Sequence record: NC_054910.1
Direction: 5' to 3' (one strand)
DNA from: Escherichia phage EcNP1
Length of the DNA: 64,000 nucleotides
Program-made: the position numbers and the translations under genes
The notes under the pieces: generated by a model
Seen by the model: the letters and a program-made list of their open reading frames with translations, nothing else
The model's database searches: none
Told to the model about the DNA's origin: nothing
Part shown: one piece after another, positions 8,108 through 17,035 of the stretch
How the letters are laid out: each line of letters begins with the position of its first letter
Numbering within the stretch: position 1 is the stretch's first letter

Positions 8108-8643
8108 TTACTATTGCAGCAGTGTTGCACAGTTTCAATATGAATATCGTAAATTTTATCCATATCAGGAGCTTTAACAGGCTCATCAATTATATACAAA
8201 ATTCGAGAAAGTGATAAGCCTCTGAATTTGCTACCTCTATTACCAATAAAACTACGGACAGAATCAATAAATAAGCGGAATCGAATATCATCGCTAGAAT
8301 AACGAGAAAATTCTTTTTTAATGTGTCCCGCAGAAATTTTAGCATAAGCTGAAGTATTAGAAAGAACAATAACTGTTCCACCGTCATACAACCAATTAGC
8401 GGCAAAATTAGTTACTGCAGCTGATTTACCGGATTGTCTGCCACCATCTAAACGAAGTGTACAATATTCTTTAAATAAATGCGACGAATCAAGTACATAA
8501 AATCCACTATTACAAATTTCTTCTACTCTAGCATCAGAATGGTGTGTAAAAGCATTCATCAGGGATAGATAAGGACCAGTTAAAAATGTTCTCATTTTAT
8601 TCTCTCTAAATTTGGGCCATTCCATGGCGCATGAATTGTCCAT
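8053..8643 (-). CDS. P-loop NTPase
   Basis: Walker A GGRQSGKS and Walker B ILYIIDEP; C-terminal CCNSKCC. Confidence 0.55.
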   Translation of the reverse strand: MDNSCAMEWPKFRENKMRTFLTGPYLSLMNAFTHHSDARVEEICNSGFYVLDSSHLFKEYCTLRLDGGRQSGKSAAVTNFAANWLYDGGTVIVLSNTSAYAKISAGHIKKEFSRYSSDDIRFRLFIDSVRSFIGNRGSKFRGLSLSRILYIIDEPVKAPDMDKIYDIHIETVQHCCNSKCCIGGITRPQFFVIGMQ

Positions 8644-8772
8644 TTCTGTATTTACCCATTACCGCACTTGGGCTCGACCTTATTACAGGTTGGCGGGAAT
8701 CCCTCATAGAATCATGAGGTCCAGCTTGTTCCCATGTTATTTGAATGTAAATAGGCCTAAGTATCGGCCTTA

Positions 8773-9348
8773 TTAATTACCACGGGCTGCATTAGCAACG
8801 GCGTAAGCATACTGAACATTAGCGTCTTTAAACGTACCTTTAGAGGTATCTAGTTCTGCCTTAAAGCCGCCTTTAGTCATAACCTCGGCGAATTCTTTAC
8901 GGAAAGCCATTGCATCAAGACCTTTCCATGCCGATTTGTGCTTGGCAAATTCAAGACCGGCGAAGTTGACAGCCTTAGCTAATTTATTATCAATAACCCA
9001 TTTACCAGCTTTAGGCGCAAACACTGGGCCTTTCTGTTTAGAGAATAATTTTAAATTCCAGCGACGAAGGTCACCGTCAGCTTTAACAAAAGCTGCGTCC
9101 AAGTTACTAGCAACAACATCTTGAATATGGCCAAATTTAAGCCCATCAACTTCAATATTTAGATCAGTACGCCAGCGAAGTCCTTCCCAAGCGAAAGCTT
9201 TAAAGTCGGAAGCTTTTGTAGCTAAGTATCGTTCAATAGGGGCTGTTTTAGGGTCAAAACCATTTCCTCGGTAAGTCCACTCATCTTTATTAATGCCTTT
9301 GGCCTTTTCCACAGAAGCTTCAGCGATAAATTCTTTATACGTTTTCAT
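8773..9348 (-). CDS. ipIII: internal protein III (capsid-targeted, injected)
   Basis: 191 aa; N-terminal capsid-targeting motif MKTYKEFIAE; size matches T4 IPIII. Confidence 0.8.
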   Translation of the reverse strand: MKTYKEFIAEASVEKAKGINKDEWTYRGNGFDPKTAPIERYLATKASDFKAFAWEGLRWRTDLNIEVDGLKFGHIQDVVASNLDAAFVKADGDLRRWNLKLFSKQKGPVFAPKAGKWVIDNKLAKAVNFAGLEFAKHKSAWKGLDAMAFRKEFAEVMTKGGFKAELDTSKGTFKDANVQYAYAVANAARGN

Positions 9349-9369
9349 GTGTTTCCTTGTTTGTTTTGA

Positions 9370-9406
9370 TAGAGTAATTATACCATATTAATACTTAAGC
9401 GTAAAC
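9370..9406 (-). promoter_or_regulatory. early promoter upstream of ipIII
   Basis: minus strand GTTTAC-N17-TATAAT ending about 25 nt upstream of the ipIII ATG. Confidence 0.5.
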
Positions 9407-9409
9407 TGT

Positions 9410-9664
9410 TTAAGCTTTACCGCCAGAAATAATTCCGAAGTTGTTAAAATCGTATCCAATATCGTCAACATCTACTTTAGGGCTTACTACAACATAAGCA
9501 ATTTCACTACGTTTTGCATAGGTGTTTATTTCTTTACCATTGCCGCCTGAGAAAGAATACCCATTACGTTTTAATGAGCCAAAATCTTCGGCATCACCAA
9601 TGAAAGCTTTAACTTTAAATTTGGGGCCTTTGGCATCTGCTTCAGCGATAAATTCTTGATACAT
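9410..9664 (-). CDS. internal-protein-like (ipII-like)
   Basis: 84 aa starting MYQEFIAE|A, the IP capsid-targeting motif; AGGAAA SD. Confidence 0.6.
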   Translation of the reverse strand: MYQEFIAEADAKGPKFKVKAFIGDAEDFGSLKRNGYSFSGGNGKEINTYAKRSEIAYVVVSPKVDVDDIGYDFNNFGIISGGKA

Positions 9665-9676
9665 TTTAATTTTTCC

Positions 9677-10090
9677 TTAGTAAATTGATTTACCATAGTA
9701 TTTGTACCAAGTAGGACGTTGAGCAATTTTTTCATCTAAGCATGCTTGACTTATCGCAATGGACGCTTCGTCCGGGACATAATTATTACGAAATTCGGCA
9801 GGGATGTCGGAAATATCCTGGACAGTCGTGTCCTTGATTTTGAAACCACGTTTCAAGCATTCAGCGATTAGCTCGATTTGACGTAAACGTAAAAATTCGA
9901 GTTTGTCGTAAAAGAATGTTACGTGACCTGTGCCTAATATAAATGTTGGAGAGATTTTAAAATCCTTTACACATTTACCGTTTTGAACATGTTTACGGAC
10001 TGCACCAAATACGCGTGGTAATTCACGATACTCAGCCATAAGATGTTGGTCGGCCAATTCAGAAACAAGTGTTAAATTGATACGGGTCAT
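9677..10090 (-). CDS. denV: endonuclease V, pyrimidine-dimer DNA glycosylase
   Basis: 137 aa from [29 protein letters not shown], near-identical to T4 endo V as recalled; GGAGG SD; track ORF has a 4-codon upstream extension. Confidence 0.95.
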   Translation of the reverse strand: MTRINLTLVSELADQHLMAEYRELPRVFGAVRKHVQNGKCVKDFKISPTFILGTGHVTFFYDKLEFLRLRQIELIAECLKRGFKIKDTTVQDISDIPAEFRNNYVPDEASIAISQACLDEKIAQRPTWYKYYGKSIY

Positions 10091-10147
10091 AATTTCCTCC
10101 AAGTAGTTGATGAATGTATAGTATCAAAACCCTTGGAGGAAGTAAAC
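10091..10147 (-). promoter_or_regulatory. early promoter with -10 inside a hairpin
   Basis: GTTTAC-N18-TACTAT; inverted repeat TTCCTCCAAG/CTTGGAGGAA flanks the -10; second arm is the denV SD. Confidence 0.5.
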
Positions 10148-10148
10148 A

Positions 10149-10951
<803 letters not shown>

Positions 10952-11407
10952 TTAAAAGAGGTTGTTCATTATTCGGTAAAGTGAAGGACCCATCACATAT
11001 TGCCACTGAGTGCGAGGAATAAGAGCAAAAGCATCCATCTCTGGAATCATAACACCATCTTTATTTTCAAAATAAGACTCGCAATGGCAATTTCTAAACA
11101 TCTCATGCTCTACTGGAATCGTATAATAAAATAACTGAAGGTCTTTATTACTAGAATATTTAAATACACCTAGGTCTTCTAGAAGGTCTGGATTATAATT
11201 GCTAAAACCAGTCTCTTCTAAACATTCTCTTCGTGCTGCATCTAGTGCGTTTAAATCAGAATTTTCTACACGGCCTTTTGGAATATCCCAGCGATGTGCC
11301 ATCATTCCAGGCTTACGAGAACCAGTAACCCGTCCCATGAATAAATCTTTATCTTCTGTCATAAAGATAATACCAGCTGATAGTGTTTTCATTTTAATTT
11401 CCTGCAT
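10952..11407 (-). CDS. nudE: Nudix hydrolase
   Basis: 151 aa; Nudix box RRECLEETGF; T4 nudE (e.1) position. Confidence 0.8.
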   Translation of the reverse strand: MQEIKMKTLSAGIIFMTEDKDLFMGRVTGSRKPGMMAHRWDIPKGRVENSDLNALDAARRECLEETGFSNYNPDLLEDLGVFKYSSNKDLQLFYYTIPVEHEMFRNCHCESYFENKDGVMIPEMDAFALIPRTQWQYVMGPSLYRIMNNLF

Positions 11408-11877
11408 TCAGTGATAAAGTTATTTAAATTTTGAGTATATTTCTTTTCATCAAAAATCTTTTGTTGTCTGCGTAGCCGCCATGGCATTTCTATGAACGTG
11501 TACCATATCCCAGATAATATTGCTGCTGTAAAAATATTAACAAGTATGGTTAAAAGAATCCAATCTCCTATTCTGTCCATTGGATTTTTTATAAAAAAGT
11601 AAAATATGAATGATGTCACAGGAAGACTAATAATATACCACAGAATCATAATTTTATCTGTGAACCAATCAGCGTTCGTTAACTTAGCGCGACCATTATA
11701 AATACACACGAATTTATCATCTGTTGCAGTAGATGGCTTAACTGGTTGATATCCCATTCTAAACTCCCTAATTAACAAATTTTTCATATCTTCGGAACAG
11801 CCATTCCAGTCAACTCTATCAACTGGAATGCCATCATCCCCATCATCTAAATCATACCAGCGAGTTTTTAAAATCAT
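11389..11877 (-). CDS. 2-TM membrane protein, paralog family member A
   Basis: two hydrophobic helices, basic juxtamembrane block, C-terminus ...ITECRKLK. Confidence 0.55.
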   Translation of the reverse strand: MILKTRWYDLDDGDDGIPVDRVDWNGCSEDMKNLLIREFRMGYQPVKPSTATDDKFVCIYNGRAKLTNADWFTDKIMILWYIISLPVTSFIFYFFIKNPMDRIGDWILLTILVNIFTAAILSGIWYTFIEMPWRLRRQQKIFDEKKYTQNLNNFITECRKLK

Positions 11878-12236
11878 TTAATTTTCCTACAATCACTCAC
11901 AAACTCTTCCATTGATTCTTTTTCAATATAAGACATGTAGTTATTATATTCCTTTAATTGTATTTTGTAATCCTTTTTTCTTTGCCAATTTATTTTAAAA
12001 TTATCATAATGAAAATATAGCATGGTGCCAAAGAATGAAAATAATGAAATCGCTATAGTATAACGAAGTTCACTCCAAACCTCTGTTATAATTACTGTGC
12101 CGTCGATGTTTAAAATAAAACAGTCAATTAGCAATCCAATAAGACTACCCGCAAGAGCTGCAAATACTGACACAGCAAGAATTAATAGTGCCTCGGGAAA
12201 CGAATATTTGACTTTATTTAGTTTTGGCTTTTGCAT
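11874..12236 (-). CDS. 2-TM membrane protein, paralog family member B
   Basis: same architecture, C-terminus ...VSDCRKIK. Confidence 0.55.
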   Translation of the reverse strand: MQKPKLNKVKYSFPEALLILAVSVFAALAGSLIGLLIDCFILNIDGTVIITEVWSELRYTIAISLFSFFGTMLYFHYDNFKINWQRKKDYKIQLKEYNNYMSYIEKESMEEFVSDCRKIK

Positions 12237-12631
12237 CGTGATTCCTTAACAAATTTCATAATTTCATTAAATTCATACATATCTAGTTTAAGCTGGTGTT
12301 CCTTTTTAATCTTTTTACACTGAGCTTTCCATTCACGTACACGTTTACGATAATGCCTTCCTTGATACCAATATCCTACCCAATTTACAGGTACTAATAA
12401 AAATGGAACTACTAATGGAAGAATTAATACTGACAGAAATATTACACCAGATTCAATATCAGTCATAACGTCTATAACCATTCCAATAATCAATAGAATT
12501 ACAAATGATATAGCTGTCACAGGACCTATTAATACATCGGTAGAAATTATCTGGTGCTTTGGTTCATACTTCAAAGGTTTACTTGGAAGGTATAGTGATG
12601 GCTTTGACATATTCTCTACATTCCTTAACAA
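12218..12631 (-). CDS. 2-TM membrane protein, paralog family member C
   Basis: same architecture, C-terminus ...VKESRCKSQN. Confidence 0.55.
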   Translation of the reverse strand: MLRNVENMSKPSLYLPSKPLKYEPKHQIISTDVLIGPVTAISFVILLIIGMVIDVMTDIESGVIFLSVLILPLVVPFLLVPVNWVGYWYQGRHYRKRVREWKAQCKKIKKEHQLKLDMYEFNEIMKFVKESRCKSQN

Positions 12632-13193
12632 ATTTTTCTAGTAATAAATCGCTTTCAAAATTGGGATTTTCCACGAATTTATCAAAAAGATCATCAATAA
12701 TAGTCAAGATATTCCTTTTATTAAGAATACGCTTATTTTCATATTTTGTTTCAGAGTCAACTATAAGAGTAAAGAAATATTTCTTTCCCTGAAATTTTAC
12801 CGTAGTATCAATATAGAACAAATTTGACTTTTGTAAATTACGTTTAAACCATGCGTCACTTAAACTATAAACGCCAAGATAATCATAATCGTCATTTAAA
12901 TAACAAACTGTCCATTCAGGAGAAATGAAATCAGTAAATTCAACATCAAAATCACACGTCAATGAATGAATTGATTCAATACTGTTAATGAGTATTCCAG
13001 GACGTATTAAAGACTTTTTACCTCTAGAAAATCTTCCAGAAAGACTTTCATCAGTTTCATATGAAGACCCCCAATAGTAATTACGTCCTTCTGCCATACG
13101 TTTAAGAGCATTTAGTAATTGGTCTGGAACATCAACCTGTCTTTGGAACTCTTCAAACATTGAATTGAAATCACTTTGCATTTTCATTTTCAT
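12579..13193 (-). CDS. hypothetical protein
   Basis: 204-aa ORF; no motif recognised. Confidence 0.5.
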   Translation of the reverse strand: MKMKMQSDFNSMFEEFQRQVDVPDQLLNALKRMAEGRNYYWGSSYETDESLSGRFSRGKKSLIRPGILINSIESIHSLTCDFDVEFTDFISPEWTVCYLNDDYDYLGVYSLSDAWFKRNLQKSNLFYIDTTVKFQGKKYFFTLIVDSETKYENKRILNKRNILTIIDDLFDKFVENPNFESDLLLEKFVKECREYVKAITIPSK

Positions 13194-13214
13194 TCCTATT
13201 TACTCCAAGTATAA

Positions 13215-13228
13215 GGGGCCGAAGCCCC
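13215..13228 (-). terminator. GGGGC-UUCG-GCCCC hairpin
   Basis: perfect hairpin with UUCG tetraloop just downstream of the 13235 stop; same sequence recurs at 54032..54045. Confidence 0.45.
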
Positions 13229-13234
13229 TTATCA

Positions 13235-13828
13235 TTATTTCAGAGAATTAATGTATTCCTGAACATCGGCAGAGGTAGTTTCAACCCCGGAAATATTACC
13301 GTTAAAGGTTTCAACTCGAGCAAGAGTATCTTCAATATCAACCTTAGTTAGCGCTGCGATTTCAACTACATCATCAGCAGTACTAATTCCAAGGGCATTT
13401 GCCGCACGAGTTTCACGGATATATTCCAATTTAACTGCAAGTTCTTGACGAGCATCATCTAACTCAACTACTTTCTTGGCGATTTCAATTCGCATTTCAG
13501 CATAACCATCAGCTTTAGTAGTCAACTGCTCAGCTGTTCGACGATATAGTAAACCGAGCTTAGCATGCATTGTTACATCTTGACCTTCGGAAAGAAGTTT
13601 GCGAATTTCACGCTCTTTTGATTCGGCTTGTCGATTCTTTTCGATAACAAGTTCACGAATACGTTTTTCTTCATTAATAGATTTAACAGAAGCAGTTTTT
13701 AGGTCTTTAATTTTGTCAAGAAGTTTTGCTGCTGCAGCAGTATACTGTTCTTCAACAGATAGATTTTTAGCCATAGCAGAACCAAGTTTAGTGCGAATAA
13801 ACTCAACAATTTTCTTCAGTGTGTTCAT
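13235..13828 (-). CDS. coiled-coil protein (PspA-like architecture)
   Basis: 197 aa, predicted long helices with heptad-like K/E/R spacing; weak resemblance only. Confidence 0.45.
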   Translation of the reverse strand: MNTLKKIVEFIRTKLGSAMAKNLSVEEQYTAAAAKLLDKIKDLKTASVKSINEEKRIRELVIEKNRQAESKEREIRKLLSEGQDVTMHAKLGLLYRRTAEQLTTKADGYAEMRIEIAKKVVELDDARQELAVKLEYIRETRAANALGISTADDVVEIAALTKVDIEDTLARVETFNGNISGVETTSADVQEYINSLK

Positions 13829-13871
13829 AGTATTTCCTTAGGTTGATTAAAAATTAAAATCTGTGGAAGAA

Positions 13872-14402
13872 TTATATCATGCTATTTAAGAGATGTAAAC
13901 TATTTTTAATTTTACAAATTCGTTCAGCTTCTTCAACAGCGGCGGCGATAATGCTTTTAGCTATAGGAGTACTAATACTAGTAGCTTTTACACTTAACAC
14001 GATTTCTTTATCTTTACCAGGCCAACCCCACGATTTTTCACCGTGAGTGCCTTTAATTACAGCAGACACCTCAAGTGAGCATCCATTATCATATGTTTTT
14101 ACATTGACAACCCAAGGTTCACTTTTCTCAATCGGTTTCTCAATCGGTTTATCCCAGTAAATATTAAGAATACGTGGGACATCAAATTTGGCAGGACAAA
14201 TCTTAACTGTAAGACCTTCGCTTTCTAGCCAATTAATAAGAGGGCGTTCATACAGGCGACGATGTGGGCTTGGGATTCGACAAGCCTTATGTCCGTTGCT
14301 TGCGGCTTCACTAAGCTGTTCTAATACCTGCTTTTGCATTATTGATAAGATACCATCAAAAGATTTTTCGGAAGTTTCATTCAGTTCGGTATAAAGAGAC
14401 AT
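13872..14402 (-). CDS. hypothetical protein
   Basis: 176-aa ORF. Confidence 0.5.
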   Translation of the reverse strand: MSLYTELNETSEKSFDGILSIMQKQVLEQLSEAASNGHKACRIPSPHRRLYERPLINWLESEGLTVKICPAKFDVPRILNIYWDKPIEKPIEKSEPWVVNVKTYDNGCSLEVSAVIKGTHGEKSWGWPGKDKEIVLSVKATSISTPIAKSIIAAAVEEAERICKIKNSLHLLNSMI

Positions 14403-14414
14403 AACAGTTTCCTC

Positions 14415-14457
14415 AAATTATAGGCTCATAATATCTCAATCATGAGCCTATGTAAAC
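14415..14457 (-). promoter_or_regulatory. early promoter with -10 inside a hairpin
   Basis: GTTTAC then inverted repeat TAGGCTCAT/ATGAGCCTA enclosing TATTAT. Confidence 0.45.
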
Positions 14458-14775
14458 TTATTTCATATTATTAAAATATTCTTCTGCGATTTCGTCGTTA
14501 TCATGGTAAACTTTAGAAGACAGTTTAACATAACCTTCAGCAGTGAACATGTTAATCACAACATTTACAGTATACCACTGACCATCTTCATTACCCATTA
14601 CTGCGTAAGTTTCAAACATCGGATGATCAGGACCGATAACTTTAATATCATTCACTGTACGACCGAAATCTTCTGAAACGCATTTCATAAAGAAGTTGAA
14701 CAGTTCGCCGTAATTATCCATTTCATTCTCCAAGTTGTTTTTCTGTATCAGTAGTTGATAGTTGTATAGTACCAT
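14458..14775 (-). CDS. hypothetical protein
   Basis: track ORF 105 aa; a GTTTAC-N17-GTACTAT promoter overlaps the first ATG, so the likely start is the internal Met (MDNYGELF...) with GGAG SD, giving 87 aa. Confidence 0.5.
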   Translation of the reverse strand: MVLYNYQLLIQKNNLENEMDNYGELFNFFMKCVSEDFGRTVNDIKVIGPDHPMFETYAVMGNEDGQWYTVNVVINMFTAEGYVKLSSKVYHDNDEIAEEYFNNMK

Positions 14776-14927
14776 GGAAGAACAGGGATGTAAACAGTTT
14801 TGTGAAAAATTTTTTAAAAAGTTTTAGGGAATTCTAGGGAAGGGAGGGGCAATTAAAGGATAGGATAATATATTATAAAGGGTAGAAACTAAATGATGCT
14901 TAGAGAGGTCCAGAAAGGCCTAGATAC

Positions 14928-14953
14928 CAAAAAGCCCTATCATTTAGATAGGG
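14928..14953 (-). terminator. rho-independent terminator
   Basis: CCCTATC-N5-GATAGGG hairpin followed by CUUUUUG on the minus strand, downstream of the 14962 gene. Confidence 0.55.
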
Positions 14954-14961
14954 ATTTAAAA

Positions 14962-15525
14962 TTATTTATCTAGTTTAGTTATTATAGCTTCTGCGGCAGC
15001 TTTTAGCTTAGATGCAGTGTTAATACGATTTTTAATTTCAGTATACGCATCGCCAAGAACATCAAGGCTATCAGAATAAACACTTACACTATTGCGTTCG
15101 CTATTTGAAATAAAACCTTTAGTTTTACGATCAAAATCGGTGTACACGTCTTGAAGATCACGGGCAGCCTTCTTTGCATCATCCAATGCATCAAGAGCTT
15201 TATTCAAAGCATTAACATATTTTTTAGTGTCAAACATATTCTTAGAAATTTTAACAGGTGCACGTTCAGGAGTAGCTAAGGCAGATTTAGGAACATGAGC
15301 GCCAGATGCCAATTTCTTAGAAATTTTGAAAAACGCTTTATTGAATTTATTTTCTTGACTCATCGTAAAAGAACTATTATCGATGTTATACATTTCAATA
15401 GCTTTAGCTTTCCACTTAAGAAAATCGCCACGGTCTTTTGGGTCTAATTGAAAGAATACTTTAGTAAGATCTGCTTCAGACGGTAATTTTGCTGCTTCGG
15501 TCAAAAATTCGGCATAGGTTTTCAT
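14962..15525 (-). CDS. internal-protein-like protein
   Basis: 187 aa beginning MKTYAEFLTE|A, the IP capsid-targeting motif; AAGGA SD. Confidence 0.6.
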   Translation of the reverse strand: MKTYAEFLTEAAKLPSEADLTKVFFQLDPKDRGDFLKWKAKAIEMYNIDNSSFTMSQENKFNKAFFKISKKLASGAHVPKSALATPERAPVKISKNMFDTKKYVNALNKALDALDDAKKAARDLQDVYTDFDRKTKGFISNSERNSVSVYSDSLDVLGDAYTEIKNRINTASKLKAAAEAIITKLDK

Positions 15526-15612
15526 TTAAAATCCTTGAAATAATTTATCGGTTGGTTATTAATTATTTATTACTTTGTTATTATCCGCAACAGCATTCTC
15601 TATGTGATTCAA

Positions 15613-15643
15613 ACTAAAAAGCCCCAACCTTTCGGTCGGGGCT
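15613..15643 (-). terminator. rho-independent terminator (copy 1 of duplicated element)
   Basis: minus RNA GCCCCGACC-GAAA-GGUUGGGGC then UUUUU; 33-nt block identical to 16169..16199. Confidence 0.7.
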
Positions 15644-15650
15644 AAGAATG

Positions 15651-16094
15651 TTATTTGATTTGTTTAGCAGACCAAATGCGGTCTTTAATAATTTTTTGGA
15701 TGTCTTCAACATACTCTAGGTCATGAGCATGTGGGTTGTCTTTGAAACTATAAGCACGGGCTAACTTTTGGCCTTCGGTTTTGATTACTAAAAGCTCTTT
15801 AAGGATAGCTTCATATTTAGCGATAATTCCTTTAACAATATTTTTTTCTTGTGCAGCTTTAGGATCTGCTTTAGGAGCAGGTTTACCGGAAGGTTTTTCG
15901 AAAGCCGCACCAGTAGCAACCAGGCTTTTCCAGGCGGTGGTAACATAGTTACCCACAAAGCCTTCAGCTCTCATATCGTCGTAGAACTTGTACCTGGATT
16001 CGTCAGAAGCATCTTTATAAGAATATTTACCAGCTTTAATAGCAGCAGTTGCTACAGCGCGAACATCTGAAGCGGATGCTTCATTTAACACCAC
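15651..16094 (-). CDS. internal-protein-like protein, N-terminal capsid-targeting motif in a different frame
   Basis: track ORF starts at GTG; 29 nt upstream an SD+ATG opens MKSYAQF then stops; one extra T in the TTTT run would give MKSYAQFLNEVVLNEAS... Confidence 0.5.
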   Translation of the reverse strand: MVLNEASASDVRAVATAAIKAGKYSYKDASDESRYKFYDDMRAEGFVGNYVTTAWKSLVATGAAFEKPSGKPAPKADPKAAQEKNIVKGIIAKYEAILKELLVIKTEGQKLARAYSFKDNPHAHDLEYVEDIQKIIKDRIWSAKQIK

Positions 16095-16161
16095 TTCATT
16101 TAAAATTGAGCATATGATTTCATCTTATTTCCTGTTTTAATTCGTGATTTAATACACTACT

Positions 16162-16169
16162 ATATTTAT
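16162..16169 (-). promoter_or_regulatory. T4-type late promoter TATAAATA
   Basis: TATAAATA on minus strand about 38 nt upstream of the ATG at 16123, abutting the upstream terminator. Confidence 0.5.
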
Positions 16170-16199
16170 ACTAAAAAGCCCCAACCTTTCGGTCGGGGC
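16169..16199 (-). terminator. rho-independent terminator (copy 2 of duplicated element)
   Basis: identical hairpin plus U-run to 15613..15643. Confidence 0.7.
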
Positions 16200-16200
16200 T

Positions 16201-16511
16201 AAGCCTTGCGGCAACCTTGTCGGGGTTCCACCTGCTAAGGCAAGTGTTTGTACGAAACGCCGGGATTTGAACCCGGTTATTAAGCAGTTGACGCTACTCA
16301 ATATTTTTAAAAGGCCATATCTCGACCATATCCGAACGTTCCGTCAAAAACGCTACTCGGCTTACGGCAAAGATATTTCCTCGAATCGATAATTCGGTGC
16401 GCCGTTTCTGCTGTGATGTAAGAGGGCATCAACAAATCATAAAGATTTATTAACGCAATTCCTTACCCAGGGAACATCAGTCCGACGACTTACCGGTAGC
16501 GACCCGGTTTC
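16201..16511 (-). ncRNA. putative small stable RNA region downstream of tRNA cluster
   Basis: about 310 nt without credible ORF between the 16512 stop and the terminator; contains a tRNA T-arm-like CCGGG-UUCAAAU-CCCGG; position matches T4 species 1/2 RNAs. Confidence 0.35.
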
Positions 16512-16862
16512 TTAATATTCTTTTAAAGCATCAATTTGTTCACGGCGTTTACGCCATAAATCAATTGCTTCATACGCAGATTCAGCATTTCGAATTGGAC
16601 GGCATTTATATAAAGACTTGTGATTTTGATATTGTGTAGATAACGGAATTTTATCTAAAAGGTCTTTACGTTCAAAATATTCGTAACCATCTAAACCAAA
16701 TGAACGATTTTTGAGAAATTGCCAATGACCATATTCGTTTTCGACATAAACATAATCTGCATGCTGATAAAGTAAATTAATTACACGTTCAGAAATAACA
16801 GTGTCATTATGATTAAAATAGAATGTTAAATCATGAACTACTAAATAAACATTACCTTTCAT
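16512..16862 (-). CDS. hypothetical protein embedded in tRNA region
   Basis: 116-aa ORF; GAGGAAA SD directly after tRNA-Arg. Confidence 0.55.
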   Translation of the reverse strand: MKGNVYLVVHDLTFYFNHNDTVISERVINLLYQHADYVYVENEYGHWQFLKNRSFGLDGYEYFERKDLLDKIPLSTQYQNHKSLYKCRPIRNAESAYEAIDLWRKRREQIDALKEY

Positions 16863-16876
16863 ATTTTCCTCACTTA

Positions 16877-16952
16877 ATTGGTCGAGGCAGTAGGGATCGA
16901 ACCTACGACCTAGGACTTAGAAGGTCCTTGCTCTTCCTTCTGAGCTATGCCT
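16877..16952 (-). tRNA. tRNA-Arg (anticodon UCU)
   Basis: hand-folded 76-nt cloverleaf, loop CUUCUAA, T-loop UUCGAUC, encoded CCA. Confidence 0.85.
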
Positions 16953-16956
16953 CGGA

Positions 16957-17031
16957 TTTGGCGGACGTGATAGGATTCGAACCTATAACCAATCGCTTAA
17001 CAGGCGATCGCTCTGCCATTGAGCTACACAT
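16957..17031 (-). tRNA. tRNA-Asn (anticodon GUU)
   Basis: hand-folded 75-nt cloverleaf, loop CUGUUAA, T-loop UUCGAAU, encoded CCA. Confidence 0.8.
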
Positions 17032-17035
17032 CCAA

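Noticed and set aside
8011-8214. Plus-strand ORFs overlapping the P-loop ATPase gene (7931..8143, 8011..8214) and an antisense ORF at 8190..8405
   Set aside because: No SD, opposite to operon direction, and contained within a better-supported minus-strand gene.
16255-16280. Possible eleventh tRNA suggested by a perfect T-arm (CCGGG-UUCAAAU-CCCGG)
   Set aside because: No acceptor stem, D-arm or anticodon arm could be folded around it; kept only as part of a putative small-RNA region.
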